From Eledone cirrhosa (Eukaryota): a stretch of 64,000 bases of DNA. This document shows, in pieces, positions 40,101 to 52,184 of this stretch (position 1 is the stretch's first letter; each line of letters opens with the position of its first letter). The notes beneath the pieces were generated by a model. It had not been told where the DNA came from. It searched no databases and saw only the letters and a list, made by a program, of their open reading frames with translations. The stretch covers positions 252,092,001 through 252,156,000 of the forward strand of contig OZ024743.1 of the NCBI GenBank assembly GCA_964016885.1. The letters are read 5' to 3'. The translations under genes and the position numbers were made by a program.

Positions 40101-40248
40101 GTGGTTACACAACAGTTAGTTCACCATACCAAGAACAATTGTTTCCCCTTAGCGGATCCTCAGCTCGTAATCATTACGAGCTGAGGATCCGCTAATGTGA
40201 AACAATTGTTCTCGGTATGGTGAACTAACTGTTGTTTAAGCACTTCTA
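40097..40248. repeat. ~150-bp palindrome with back-to-back hammerhead motifs (40177-40214 plus; 40130-40167 minus)
   Basis: CGAG-CTGAGGA-TCCGCTAA(GGG or TGT)-GAAA-CAATTG-TT-CT(C/T)G; palindrome centre aatcatt near 40172. Confidence 0.8.
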
Positions 40249-40308
40249 CCTAACTCGTCCCATGGACTGAGTGCTCTACCACTACGGATATACCTTCCAG
40301 TGTTCTAC

Positions 40309-40372
<64 letters not shown>

Positions 40373-40427
40373 CGTTTCTGAATTTGTTTTGCAAGATTCT
40401 TTATCTGAAAACGTGTGTTGAAAACGA

Positions 40428-41234
40428 TATTGTTATGCTTTGGGAGGGTCATGTTGCCAATAAGAAACACACTCACCAGTTGATTCACTCCAATTTATTA
40501 TAAATTAAATTTTTATAAATTTAAGAATTTATAAATTTCCGGTTGTTTGGTTGGTTGGTTGGTTGGTTCCACAACCAGACGATTGTTCATATATTGTCAA
40601 AGTTCTTTCGTCACACATTCTGTGACCTCTTCAGTGACTGGGGATTCTTTTCTTTGTTGTTGTGCCTCTCCTTCGTTCTGTCCTACGTCATCTTGTTTTT
40701 GTGTGTGATGTGTGCTTAATTTGCACATGTTTTACATCCGGGTGTCTGTGTGTGTTTATATTTGTTTATTTATTTGTTTATTTACATGTTACTGGTTGGT
40801 TGTTTGTTCTGTGTGTGTGTGTTTTCATTTTGTCCTTAATTGTAAGTTGTGATGTTGCTATTCCATTCATGTTTTCTATTTAATTTTGTTTTTTAATTTT
40901 GTAAATAAACAAATAAATAAATATGTAAATAAAACAAATAAATAAACAAATATAAACACACACAGACACCCCGATGTAACACATCCGCAAACTAAGCACA
41001 CAACGCACACAAAAACAAGCTGGCTTAGGACAGAACAAAGGAGAGGCACAAAAACAAAGAAAAGACTCCCCAGTCACTGAAGAGGTCACATAATGTGTGA
41101 CGAAAGAACTTTGACAATATATGAACAATCGTCTGGTTGTGGAACCAACCAACCAAGCGGAAATTTGTAATAAATTGGAGTGAAAGCAACTGGTGCGTGT
41201 GTTTCTTATTGGCAACATGACCCTCCCAAAGTAT

Positions 41235-41240
<6 letters not shown>
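40428..41240. mobile_element. Inverted pair of Penelope-like terminal repeats (pLTR-like)
   Basis: 40428-40790 pairs with 40915-41240. The terminus ttgggagggtcatgttgccaata is shared with 12790, 13800 and 32650. Confidence 0.8.
41073..41115 (+). ncRNA. Minimal hammerhead motif in the pLTR-like repeat (mirror copy 40596-40638 on minus)
   Basis: GTCA-CTGAAGA-G-GTCACA-TAATG-TGTGAC-GAAA-GAAC-TT-TGAC. Confidence 0.75.
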
Positions 41241-41298
<58 letters not shown>

Positions 41299-41313
41299 AT
41301 ACTTTCAGAAACG

Positions 41314-41367
<54 letters not shown>

Positions 41368-41371
41368 ATGC

Positions 41372-41551
41372 AAACCTCCCAGTCCACACTGTAAATGTGG
41401 TTGGTGTTAGGAAGGGCATCCAGCCATAGGAAATCCGCCAGACAGTCCTGAGCAAGACAACCAATCTTGCCTCAAGTGGGACAATTCCCGTCCAGACCCA
41501 TACTCGCGTGGAAGATGGACGTTAAACGATGATGGTGATGATGATGATGAT
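41372..41551 (+). mobile_element. RTE subfamily A 3'-terminal fragment
   Basis: Matches 1217-1400; (GAT)n tail; flanked by (TA)n. Confidence 0.85.
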
Positions 41552-41559
41552 ATATATAT

Positions 41560-43030
41560 AGGAGAAGGAGATGGATGTACTTGTTGATACTGTCCGTATT
41601 TTCAGCAATTAGAAATGTATGGAATTTGGTATTAGTAAGTGTGGAGTCCTAGTGATGAAGAGGGGTAAATTGAGCAGAAGCAATGGAATCCAGGTACCAA
41701 CAGGTGAGATGATAAAGGAAATTGACACTGAAGAGGGCTACAAATATTTAGGTGTTCTGGAGGCAGATGACATCAAGAACACAAAATGAAGAAATTGATA
41801 AGATCTGAGTATATATGGAGAGTAAGGAGCGTATTAAAATCACATCTAAATAGTAGGAATATCATAAGTACAGTGAATTCCCGAGCTGTGTCTATTATTA
41901 AGTACAGTGCGGGAATTCTGAAATGGAATGCTGCTGATAAAAAAAAGAAATGAATAGGAAGACTAGGAAGCTATTGACTATCTATAACATGTTCCACAAG
42001 AGGAGTGATGTCGATAGACTCTATTTAAAGAGATCTGAAGGTGGAAGAGGTCTTATCAGCATAGAGGACTGTGTTCTGATAGAGAAAAACAACCTGCACA
42101 AATATGTGACTGACAGTAGGGAGCCAATGCTCAAAATTGTACTGAAGGGGAAGACAAAAGACCAGGGGATGTCCATGGAGGAAATAACAACAAAGAGGAA
42201 GAGCAACCTTCAAGAAAAATCCCTTCATAGTACCTCCTTTAAGAAAACTGAATTTAGAGATCCACAGACATGGAACTGGTTAAAAAGAGGAGACCTTAAA
42301 AAAGCTACAGAAGGAATGCCAATGGCTGCGCAAGAGCAAGCCCTCAGAACAAAGTAGGTGAAACGCCATATTGACAAGGAGGAAGCTAGATCACAGTGTA
42401 GGATCTGTGGAGAGAGGAGACTGTGGCTCACATTGTATCAGAGTGTAGACACGTAGCCCAGACTCACTATAAAAGCTGGAGACATGATGTGATAGGCAGG
42501 GTGATCCACTGGCATCTATGCAAAGTAAACAATTTACCACATTCTGAGAAGGGGTATGAGCATAAGCCAGAGTCGGTGATAGAAAACGATCAGGTGAAGG
42601 TGCTATGGGATTTTAGGATACAGACGGACAAGAAATTAGAACACAATAGGCCTGACCTGGTGGTTTGGGACAAGGAAAAAAGATTGTGCCTGATTGTAGA
42701 TGTAGCCTGCCCCTTTGACACGAGAGTGCAAGAAAAGAAGAGGGAGAAAATTAACTGATACCAGGATTTAAAGTGGGAGTTAAAAAGGATTTGGAACTGC
42801 CATGAAATCAAGGTCATCCCAATTGTTATAGGCACACTAGGTACTATCTCAAGGAGTTTCCAAGGATGGTTAAAGAAGATTATTCCAGCCCCGCTTTTTG
42901 GAACACTTCAAAAGGCATGTTTGCTGGGAACAGCAAGAACCCTCCGATATGTCCTGAATATCTGAGGCTGCAGGTAGTGGCTTTCCAGTTAAATAATGTC
43001 AATGACTGAGACTAAAAGAACAATAATAAC
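41560..43030 (+). mobile_element. 5'-truncated R4/Dong-like retroposon: RT C-terminus, CCHC knuckle, restriction-like endonuclease
   Basis: MEFGISKC, YKYLGVLE, RLYLKRSEGGRGL, AAQEQAL, CRICG..VAHIVSEC, RHD and NRPDLVVWD..IVDVACPFD. Stops and frameshifts present. Confidence 0.92.
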
Positions 43031-43272
43031 ACTAGGACGATTTGTTAAGCCTTCATTATGTTTATTGATTAGTGACACGTGTTTCACTATTGATAAGCTC
43101 AAAGTTCGATCTGTATCGATCTGGCCCAAATCTAGAATCAAAAGCTCGTCGGACTTCTGCTGTTGTAATGACAGAACCTAAACCTCGAGATTCACCTGGG
43201 CGAACCAACAGTAACTTCACGTTACACTCCGTTGATATATTTATATGATGATGATAATGATGATGATATATA

Positions 43273-44151
43273 CAGGGTGAGTGGAAAGTCCCTCCCTAGT
43301 TTATTTTTGATGTAAATATGACATACATCATCTATTTTGAAATTTGATTGGTCAAAAATATCCACCAATTATATAATTTTTTATGTGTAAACAAATAATG
43401 ATTTCATTTTCATTATTATATGTGTAATGAACGGAAGAAAAAAACGTTGTCAACTGAAGAAAGAATTTCAATTGTTTTGTTAATGGCAGAGTATTAGTCT
43501 GTAACTGTTGTTCAGTGAACATGGTTAACACAGCACAAATCACCAGCCCCTCGCACCAAACAATACGAGCTTGCTTTGTAAAATTCAAAGAAACAGGATA
43601 AGTACATGACTTTGACAGGAGTGGAAGACCCAGTTTGGATGAAGACAAGTTGAAGCAGATTGAAGAAACTTATGCAAAAGCACCATCGAATATCTCTCAG
43701 TCAGGCATCAAATCAGCTTGGTATTCTTTATTCAACTATTCGTGAGAATTTAAAATACCATGAATGGCATATAAACTATCAAATGTGCAACAACTGTTTC
43801 CATCTGGTAAGGACACCAGACTCACCATGTGCACTGAATTGAAAGAAAAAATCCATGAAAGTGATAAATCTTTGAAAAGCTTGTCATTTAATGACAAAGC
43901 ATCTTTCCTTGTTGATGACAATCACATTCACCAAAATAACAAAAGAACATATTGAAGCTGCATTCGACAATTTCGTAAAGAAAATTGATGTGTGCATATT
44001 TATGGAAGGTGGTCATTTTGAACATTTTTCTTAACACTGTTAAAAATGTTATATCATGTTATTTAAAAAAATAAAAACAATAGATTGCTTGGAAGATTTT
44101 GTGTCATATCATTTTGAATGAAAAGTAGGGAGGGACTTTACACCCACCCTC
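43273..44151 (+). mobile_element. Internally deleted Tc1/mariner DNA transposon
   Basis: TA-flanked TIRs cagggtgagtggaaagtccctcccta and tagggagggactttacacccaccctc. Remnants TIRACFVKFKETG..RSGRP (HTH), FNDKASF (first catalytic D region) and GGHFEH (C-terminus). Confidence 0.85.
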
Positions 44152-44322
44152 TATAACACCTTTTATTTCTTAGTTAGAAGCATCCTGGGTTGTATGTACA
44201 CATATACCATTTACATGTAAATTTTGTCAAAAAGTCTCTCTTTGTCCTATTTTACCATATTTTGTCATCTTGTTTTCTCTTACAGTTCCTTGCCTGCTGG
44301 AGGGAAATATATATATATATAT

Positions 44323-44990
44323 ATATGGATGTATATATAATGTATTTTGCAATACACTTTATGCTTAATTAAAAGCATTTTGAAGACCGTATGCTATTGT
44401 TTTAGAGTAGTGACAAATTCACTTACTTTAATCTCAGCAAACAGGGGAGATAAGCCGACAAGGGCCTTGTTTCGCTTTTGTTGAAGCTTATCAAGGCTAA
44501 CTACCCCTCCTGTCTACTGAGATTACTGATGTTATATTCTTATAGAATTCCAGTAAATAATCAGGAGCTGATTATACAGAGCGATTGTTGGTCAGGCAGA
44601 AATTAGAAATTAGAATTGGAGCTCTGAAATAGTAATATATATATGGATGTATATATAATGTATTTTGCAATACACTTTATGCTTAATTAAAAGCATTTTG
44701 AAGACCGTATGCTATTGTTTTAGAGTAGTGACAAATTCACTTACTTTAATCTCAGCAAACAAGGGACAGGAGGGGTAGTTAGCCTTGATAAGCTTCAACA
44801 AAAGCGAAACAAGGCCCTTGTCGGCTTATCTCCCCTGTTTGCTGAGATTAAAGTAAGTGAATTTGTCACTACTCTAAAACAATAGCATACGGTCTTCAAA
44901 ATGCTTTTAATTAAGCATAAAGTGTATTGCAAAATACATTATATATACATCCATATATATATTGCTATTTCAGAGCTCCAATTCTAATAT
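44323..44990. mobile_element. Retrozyme-like element: 318-nt monomer as ~1.4 tandem units plus an inverted partial unit
   Basis: atggatgtatatataatg.. recurs at 44325 and 44643. 44765-44990 is the inverted copy. One hammerhead per full unit. Confidence 0.75.
44781..44826 (+). ncRNA. Type I hammerhead ribozyme, U3:A8 core variant (identical copy 44453-44498 on minus)
   Basis: AGCC-TTGATAA-GCTT-CAACAA-AAGC-GAAA-CAAG-GCC-CTTG-TC-GGCT with a GUC site. In the minus copy, stem I extends to aatctcag/ctgagatt. Confidence 0.85.
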
Positions 44991-45002
44991 ATATATATAT
45001 AT

Positions 45003-45455
45003 GTATAGTGTATTTGGCAATATACCCTGTGTTTAATTAAAAACATTTTGAAGATCATACACTATCAGCTTTAAAGTAGTGACTATGTCACTTACTTCTT
45101 TTCGGCGAAAGAAGGGAGAGAAGCTAACAGTCTATCTCATGCTGGTTGACGACCATGAGAGTCACGCACTCCCCGCTTTCGCCGAAAATTATAGCAGCTG
45201 GATTCTTATAGAATTCCAGTAATAATCAGGAGGTGATTATACAGAGCGATTGCCGGTATCCAGCTACTATAATTTTTGGCGAAAGTGGGGAGCGCGTGAC
45301 CTGATGATCGCCAACAGCATGAGACAGACTGTTAGCTTCTCTCCCTTCTTTCGCCAAAAAGAAGTAAGTGACATAGTCACTACTTTAAAACCGATAGTGT
45401 ATGGTCTTCAAAATGTTTTAAATTAAACATACGATATATTGCCAAATATACTATA
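45003..45455. repeat. Fold-back element related to the 44.3-kb unit, with a degenerate hammerhead at 45297-45340
   Basis: Arms 45003-45204 and 45258-45455. Shares the cattttgaaga..agtagtgac..cacttactt and ttcttatagaattccagta..gattatacagagcgattg blocks with 44323-44640. Confidence 0.8.
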
Positions 45456-45503
45456 TATATATATTCATATATACATCGTTATTTCAGAACACCAATCCTA
45501 ATA

Positions 45504-45616
<113 letters not shown>

Positions 45617-45649
45617 AACATATAAAATCATATTTATGTATATGCCGTT

Positions 45650-46045
45650 CATTGTTTTTTATGCATTTTATAGTGGCACCAGCTCTACTATTTTGTAGAC
45701 TGCACTGCATGCATTTTATTGTGACATGAACACTACCTATTAAGTGATCTAGATGCATTTTTATCATGGCATCACCACTACCCCTTTATAGATAGTTCTG
45801 TTTTTTTTTATCATGACAATAACACTCCCACTTTAAAGAGTGTACTGGATGCAATTTATCATGACATCATCCTTTAGTATACTGAGTATTTTATCATGGC
45901 ACCAGCATTAGAGAAGCTGTCATCACCTTCATTAAATGGTAATCTCTATCCTTTTGTGTACTGGGGGCATTTTGTCCTCACTCTAACACCAAAAACCACT
46001 TATAAAATATACTAGGTGCTTTTTCGCATGGCATCAGCATTAGTA
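45650..46045 (-). repeat. Degenerate ~40-bp tandem array of the RTE/SINE-associated unit
   Basis: Repeated actggatgcattttatcatggcacc-like units; related arrays at 51000-51200 and 61640-61860. Confidence 0.6.
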
Positions 46046-46524
46046 GGTGTTTGCAGCAGTAATATATATATTTCAATTCAACGTTTTTAGTTATGTTGTA
46101 CTATCTTTCCAAATTTTGCCTAACATGTCGTTATCATGTAATATATATATTGTTGATTTTTGTGTAATATTCTTGTCTTTGCTACATAATAACAGATTGC
46201 TCTTATCGTTTTTAAATATTACATTTTTATTATTTGTTTTTCCAATCTTGTAGTTCTAGTTTAAGATTATTGCTTAAGAAAATTTGTTGTGGTTGTTTAT
46301 ATCACTGTATATATTACATTCACACTTGAATACATCTAGCAGTTTGTTACACAATTTTTATTATAGACTTTTATCACCAGCAGTCTCTGGTGACTGATAA
46401 AATTCTTCCAGTGCAAGAAATCTTGCTGGTTTTGGTCTTTTGGCTACATTTCCCTTTGTGGTAGGTGGTAGGTAGAACTTTGTACAGAATTTCTAAAGTG
46501 GAGTTTGATATCTAAGTAACCCTT

Positions 46525-46561
<37 letters not shown>

Positions 46562-47344
46562 ACGTGTGTGCACGTGTGTGCACGTGTGCATGTGTGTGTT
46601 TGCACTGAGGGAGGTTTAACAATTTTGACTCAAAACTATCTGAAACCAGTCCAGGTTCTATGATACAAAGCTGTTTGTTTTAAAATCCCTACATTTATCT
46701 AAAAACCTTCAATCATAATTATATGTAAGAACTTGGGTTATGTTATATTCCAAGCACCAACTTAATAAATAGAACATTAGTCATATTACAAAAATCATAG
46801 ACAGTGTCTTGTTTTGAAAATACGGTAATGGAATGGTTAAAGAATTATAGGCATTGGTTGGACAAGGAAAACGAATCAGGGATATGGGTTGAAGTAATAA
46901 ACACATCTTTCATCCACGCTGACATGGGTTGGACAAGAAAGGTAAATTGGAGATGAGGGAGGGTGAAGCACAACATTGGGGGAACAATATGCCACCAGAC
47001 CCAATTCATTCTTTTCACAGTCATCTCCATGATGCACTGCATTCTCTCCCATTGCAGTCTAACCCCCATGAATACTGCCCCAGTGTTAGTGTCATGGTAA
47101 AAAGTACCCAGTCTGCACTGTAAGGCAGTATTGCTTGGGCCAGAGGGAAAAGCACACAAGTACACCCTGTAAGATGGGTGGCATGAGAAAGTGTATCAAA
47201 TTGTAGAAACCAAGCCAAAAATAATGTTTACAAGCAAGATGTGGACACCTGTCCAGTCAAGCCTCAGTACTTGACAAACCATCTAACCAATGCAAGCATG
47301 GAAAATAGATATTAAACAGTGATGAGGATGATAATGATGTGGAT

Positions 47345-50300
47345 AGGGCCCCTGAGTCCAGTAAGACGACCTCTCTAGTACTGATGGCACGAATAAAAGC
47401 ACCTAGTCCATGCTGTAAAATGGAGGAGTAAAGAGGGCCCCTGAATCCAGTAAGACGACCTCTCTAGTGCTGGTGACACAAATAAAAGCACCCAGTCCAT
47501 GCTGTAAAGTGGTGCTGGTGTTAGGAAGGGCATCCAGCCAGGATAATAAATGCCAAAATTATGAGCACAACAAATAAGAATTGCAACAACTGCATCAACA
47601 GCAATAACACTAACCATGTTAGGGCTGCACACGGTAGTGGAGTGGCTGGTGCGGCCATGTGCGAGAACCCCCCAACCATCATCAATTAATCACACAAAAA
47701 CAACTGCATTAACAGCAATAACACTAACCATGTTAGGGCTGCACACAGTAGTGAGGCCATGTATGAGAACCCCACGACCGTCATCAGGCAATCACAGAAC
47801 AGGAAAAAGAATGAGACGTCGCATCTCAGAGTTGCCACACATAATGTTGGCACACTAACAGGTAGATCTGGTGAGATAGCAGAGATGCTGGAGAGAAGGC
47901 ATGTGGATGTGTGCTGTGTGCAAGAGGTGAGATGGAGAGGTGCCTCTGCGAGACTAATCACAGGCAAACATCATAGTTATAAGCTTTTCTGGGTGGGTAA
48001 TGATGATGGGTTAGGTGCGGTGGGCATATTACTGGCTGAGAGATGGATCAATAAGACAATAGAGGTAGTTAGAGTTAGTAATAGAATAATTAAGCTTAGA
48101 TTAGTTGTAGGCAAGAGACTACTGACAATCATCTCTGCCTATGCTCTCCAGGTATGCCCAGGTAAAGAAGAGAAAGACTGCTTTTACGAGCAACTTTTAC
48201 AAACAGCTTCAATGACAGAAGACAGAGACATCGTTATGCTAGCGGGGGACTTCAATGGACACGTTGGACAGCTCCAGGATGGATACACTGGGATTCATGG
48301 AGGGCACGGTTATGGCTCAAGAAAGTGAGGCTTCTTGAATTTTGTGATGCAAATGCACTAACCATTTGCAACACTAACTCCCAGAAGCCTACCAACCACC
48401 TAATAGCCTAAAAATCAGGTGAGCACATAAGCCAGATTGACTTCCTGCTAGTTAGATAGTGAGACAGACAGATGGCGTCAAAGACTTAGGCATACCCCGG
48501 GGAAGAATGTACAGCACAGCATAGGTTAGTCGTTAGTGACATCTCTGTAAGCAAGAGAAAGAATGAAACATACAGGAAGGTGTGGAAAAGAAAGGTATGG
48601 AGGCTAAAAGACCTTTCATTAAAATATAAATTTAGCAAAGCCCTTCAAGACTAAAAGGAGGACGATTTAGAATCGTATGGCATAGATGATAACTCGAATT
48701 TCTTGCGTGGCAGCTTACTGCAGGCTACAGAAGAAAATTGTGGTTGGGGCAGAGCTTCAACCAAACAGAGAGTGACCTGGTGGTGGAACAGCACGGTATA
48801 TAGGGCCATTAGAGACAAAAGACTGGCATGGAAGGCTTGGAAAAACGGTGGGAGTAGAGAAGGATACACAGCCGCTAAGAGAGAGGCTAGACGTCAGCTG
48901 TACTTAGCACGCAAGGAGGCTGAGAGTAGGAGATTTGCCAATGTTCTGTGATGGGAAGATCAGAGACATGCAGTGTTCCACATTGCAAGGCAGTGTGTCA
49001 GTACAAATCAGGATGTTGTTGGAGGTAAGTGTGTCTGGAATGATGCCGGTGTACTTAGTGTCATGAATGATCAAAAAAAGGAGGCCTGGAAATGTCATTA
49101 TGAGAGATTGATGAATGAGGAGAACGAATGGGACAGAGTGAAATTACCCACAGTAGACACGACAGAGGGACCAGCTATTGAGATTGACGAATATAGTGTA
49201 CAAGAGGCAATTAAGGAAATGAAGAATGGTAAAGCTGCTGGACCATTTGAAGATAGTTGCTGAGATGATGAAGGCATCAGGAGAAGTAGGCACTAAACTA
49301 GTTGCATGCAGCATTAATCAAGCTATATATGGTGGTGTCATACCCAAAGACTGGTGCAGCAGTATTCTCATAAATTGCTACAAAGGTAAAGGGCATGCTC
49401 TGGAGAGGAGCAATTATAGGGGCATAAAGCTGATGGATCAGGTTATGAAAGTGGCAGAGAGAATATTAGCGCAACTGATTAGAGAAAGGGTCATATTAGT
49501 TGAGATGCAGTTTGGTTTTGTGCCTTGGAAAAGTACAACAGATGCCCTCTTCTTAGTGAGGCAACTACAAGAGAGGTTCTGAGAGAAGAATAAGCCACTA
49601 TACTTAGCTTTTGTTGACCTAGAGAAGGCCTTTGATAGGGTACTCCAATCTGTTTCTAAGGAAAGTAGGTGTAGAGGAATGGCTTGTGAGGACAGTGCAA
49701 CTATGTACAGGGGTGTTGTCAGTAAAGTGAGAATTGGAATGGAGTTTACTGAGGAATTCAAGATACAGTTCGGTCCTCAGCCTGCTCTTGTTCATTATAG
49801 TCCTCCAAGCCATAACACAGGAGTTTAAGACTGGATGCCCATGGGAACTTCTCTATGCTGATAATCTGGTTCTTATAGCAGAATCATTAGAGCAGCTAGA
49901 GAATAAATACTGGCTATGGAAACAGCAGTTGGAATCAAGAGGCCTGAGAGTGAACATAGCTAAAACAAAAGTGTTGATAAGTAGAAGAGAGGACAATACA
50001 CTGATTCCATCGGGGAAATGGCCATGTTCGATATGTAGGAAAGGAACTGGCATAAATTTCATAAAATGTACGCAATGCAGATCTTGGGTACACAAGAGAT
50101 GTAGTGAGATAGTAGGCAAACTAACAGGTAGGGAAAACTACTTATGCAGTAGATGTACAGGGAAAGTTGGCAGTAGTAATTGCAGTGATAGACACATTTT
50201 TCCAATGCAAGTGGGTTCTATAGAAGTGGTTGATAGCTTCCGGTACCTAGTTGATCAGATTAGTATGATGGGAGGGGGTGCCAAGAAATCCCAGTAGAAG

Positions 50301-50482
50301 GAAGACGCAGTAGAGGTAGACCACGAAAAACATGGGCGGAGGTGATGAGAGCAGACCTCAGATCGCTTAAACTCACCGAGGAGAAAACGAAGGACTGTGC
50401 AAGTGGAGAGATGCTGTGCTGAATAAGACCCGTCCAACCCTTGCAAGCAGGGAAAAGCAGACGTAAAATGATGATGATGATG
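47345..50482 (+). mobile_element. Degenerate near full-length RTE LINE (subfamily B) with internal deletions
   Basis: APE ORF 47759-48328 (NVGTL, VQEVRW, GDFNGH); RT pieces 48703-50297 (NYRGIKL, LYADN, PHD). Deletion near 50282 joins GGG to the C-terminus. (GAT)n tail followed by (TA)n; 5' region has ~90-bp and ~115-bp duplications. Confidence 0.92.
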
Positions 50483-50517
50483 ATATATATATATATATCA
50501 TCATCATCATGTTATTA

Positions 50518-51780
50518 ATATTCATTTTGTTTGGGTTTTATTTTGTGTTTTCTAGTTTGTTTTATATATTTGGAACTGTGTTTTTTTTTTTTTTTACACA
50601 TCTACTTTTTGGGAATGCGTTTGGAAGGTAATAAAGAGAGGTGGATAGACTATTAAAGTGAAAATAAACATATCTTTTAAACTACATCAACTTTAATACG
50701 TTAACACAAAAGATTTTGTTTAGTTTTGTTATATATATATATATATAAATAATTGTTTCTACTTTAAGCACAAGGCCAGCAATTATCCAGTGCATTACTG
50801 GTACTTTATTTTATTGACCCCATAAGGATGAAAGGCAAAGTCAACAATGACAAAAGCACTCAGTCGACACTGTCCATTTTCCATGCGAGCATGGGTAGGA
50901 CAGTCTGTGCCCATGTGAGAGTTCCAGGTCGAAGGACCATGTTTCAGAACTGGATTTGGCTTGGTTTCTATGGCTGGATGCCCTTCCTAATGCCAACCAC
51001 ATTTAAAGTTTGTGCTGGGTGTTTTTTTTGTCTTGACACCTACATCACCACTTTACATTGTATTGGCTAGGTGCTTTACTCGTGACACCTACACAATCAC
51101 TTTACAGTGTGGACTAGGCGCTTTTTGTCGTGACACCTACATGACTACTTTATAATATTAACTGGGCACTTTTGTTGTGGCTCCAAGGAAACACTTTATG
51201 GTGTGGGGTAGAGGTGGGGAAGGTGTCTGGTGAATTGAGGATGTAGGTATAGGGGTGGAATGATTGCAGCAATGGAGGCATATGGGAAGGGTGATGGTAG
51301 GAAAAGGTCTTGCTTATTGGATATATGCCTCAGCTGGTGCATATGGTAGGGTAGGTCCTCTGCAATACTGCATAGTACCAGAGATCACAGTCCTGTTTCA
51401 TCACCTTAGTGAGGTGTAATTGTACAAAGTCAGCTTTTATTACCTCATCCTAAATCCTCCTAGGCTTGTCCACTCCAGGGCTTTTGTCATCTTTGAGTGC
51501 TCTATGTATATGTATCTCTCTCTCTCTCTCTCCCTCTCTCATTATTTATATATATATATATAACAAAACTAAACAAAATCGTTTGTGTTAAAGTATTAAA
51601 GTTGATGTAGTTTAAGAGATATGTTTATTTTCACTTTAATAGTCTATCCACCTCTCTTTATCACCTTCCAAACGCATTCCCAAAAAGTAGATGTGTAAAA
51701 AAAAAAAAAAAACACATCTTCCAAATATATAAAACAAACTAGAAAACACAAAATAAAACCCAAACAAAATGAATATGAAA
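50518..51780. repeat. Inverted repeat with ~215-bp arms enclosing SINE fragments
   Basis: 50518-50735 is the reverse complement of 51558-51780. Confidence 0.9.
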
Positions 51781-52184
51781 ACAGAAAGAATTAATAACAT
51801 AAACATTATTACAATAAAATTAAATGAAAATATAATTAAGTACAGTATAAAAAACATATATGAAGCAAAGTTTTACAAAAAAGGAAGAGTGAAGTAATAA
51901 AATAAAATATAAAATCAGACACAGACACAAAATACACAAAGAAGCCCTTAGAATAATTCAAAATTTTCTAAAAGTCAATCTTCATCAGATGTTAAACTCC
52001 AAATTAATTGAGAGAATGTTAATAGAAACATAGGAGAAGTGCTTCCAGATGAAAGAGTGCTTATAATAATTATATGTAGCGGTAAAGGGTGATAAAAGGG
52101 GGACATTTCTCAAGGAGGAGGGCCAGTACTGGAGGAGGAGGTGCAGTACTGCATAGGAGAAGATAAAGAGAAGACTGTAATATA

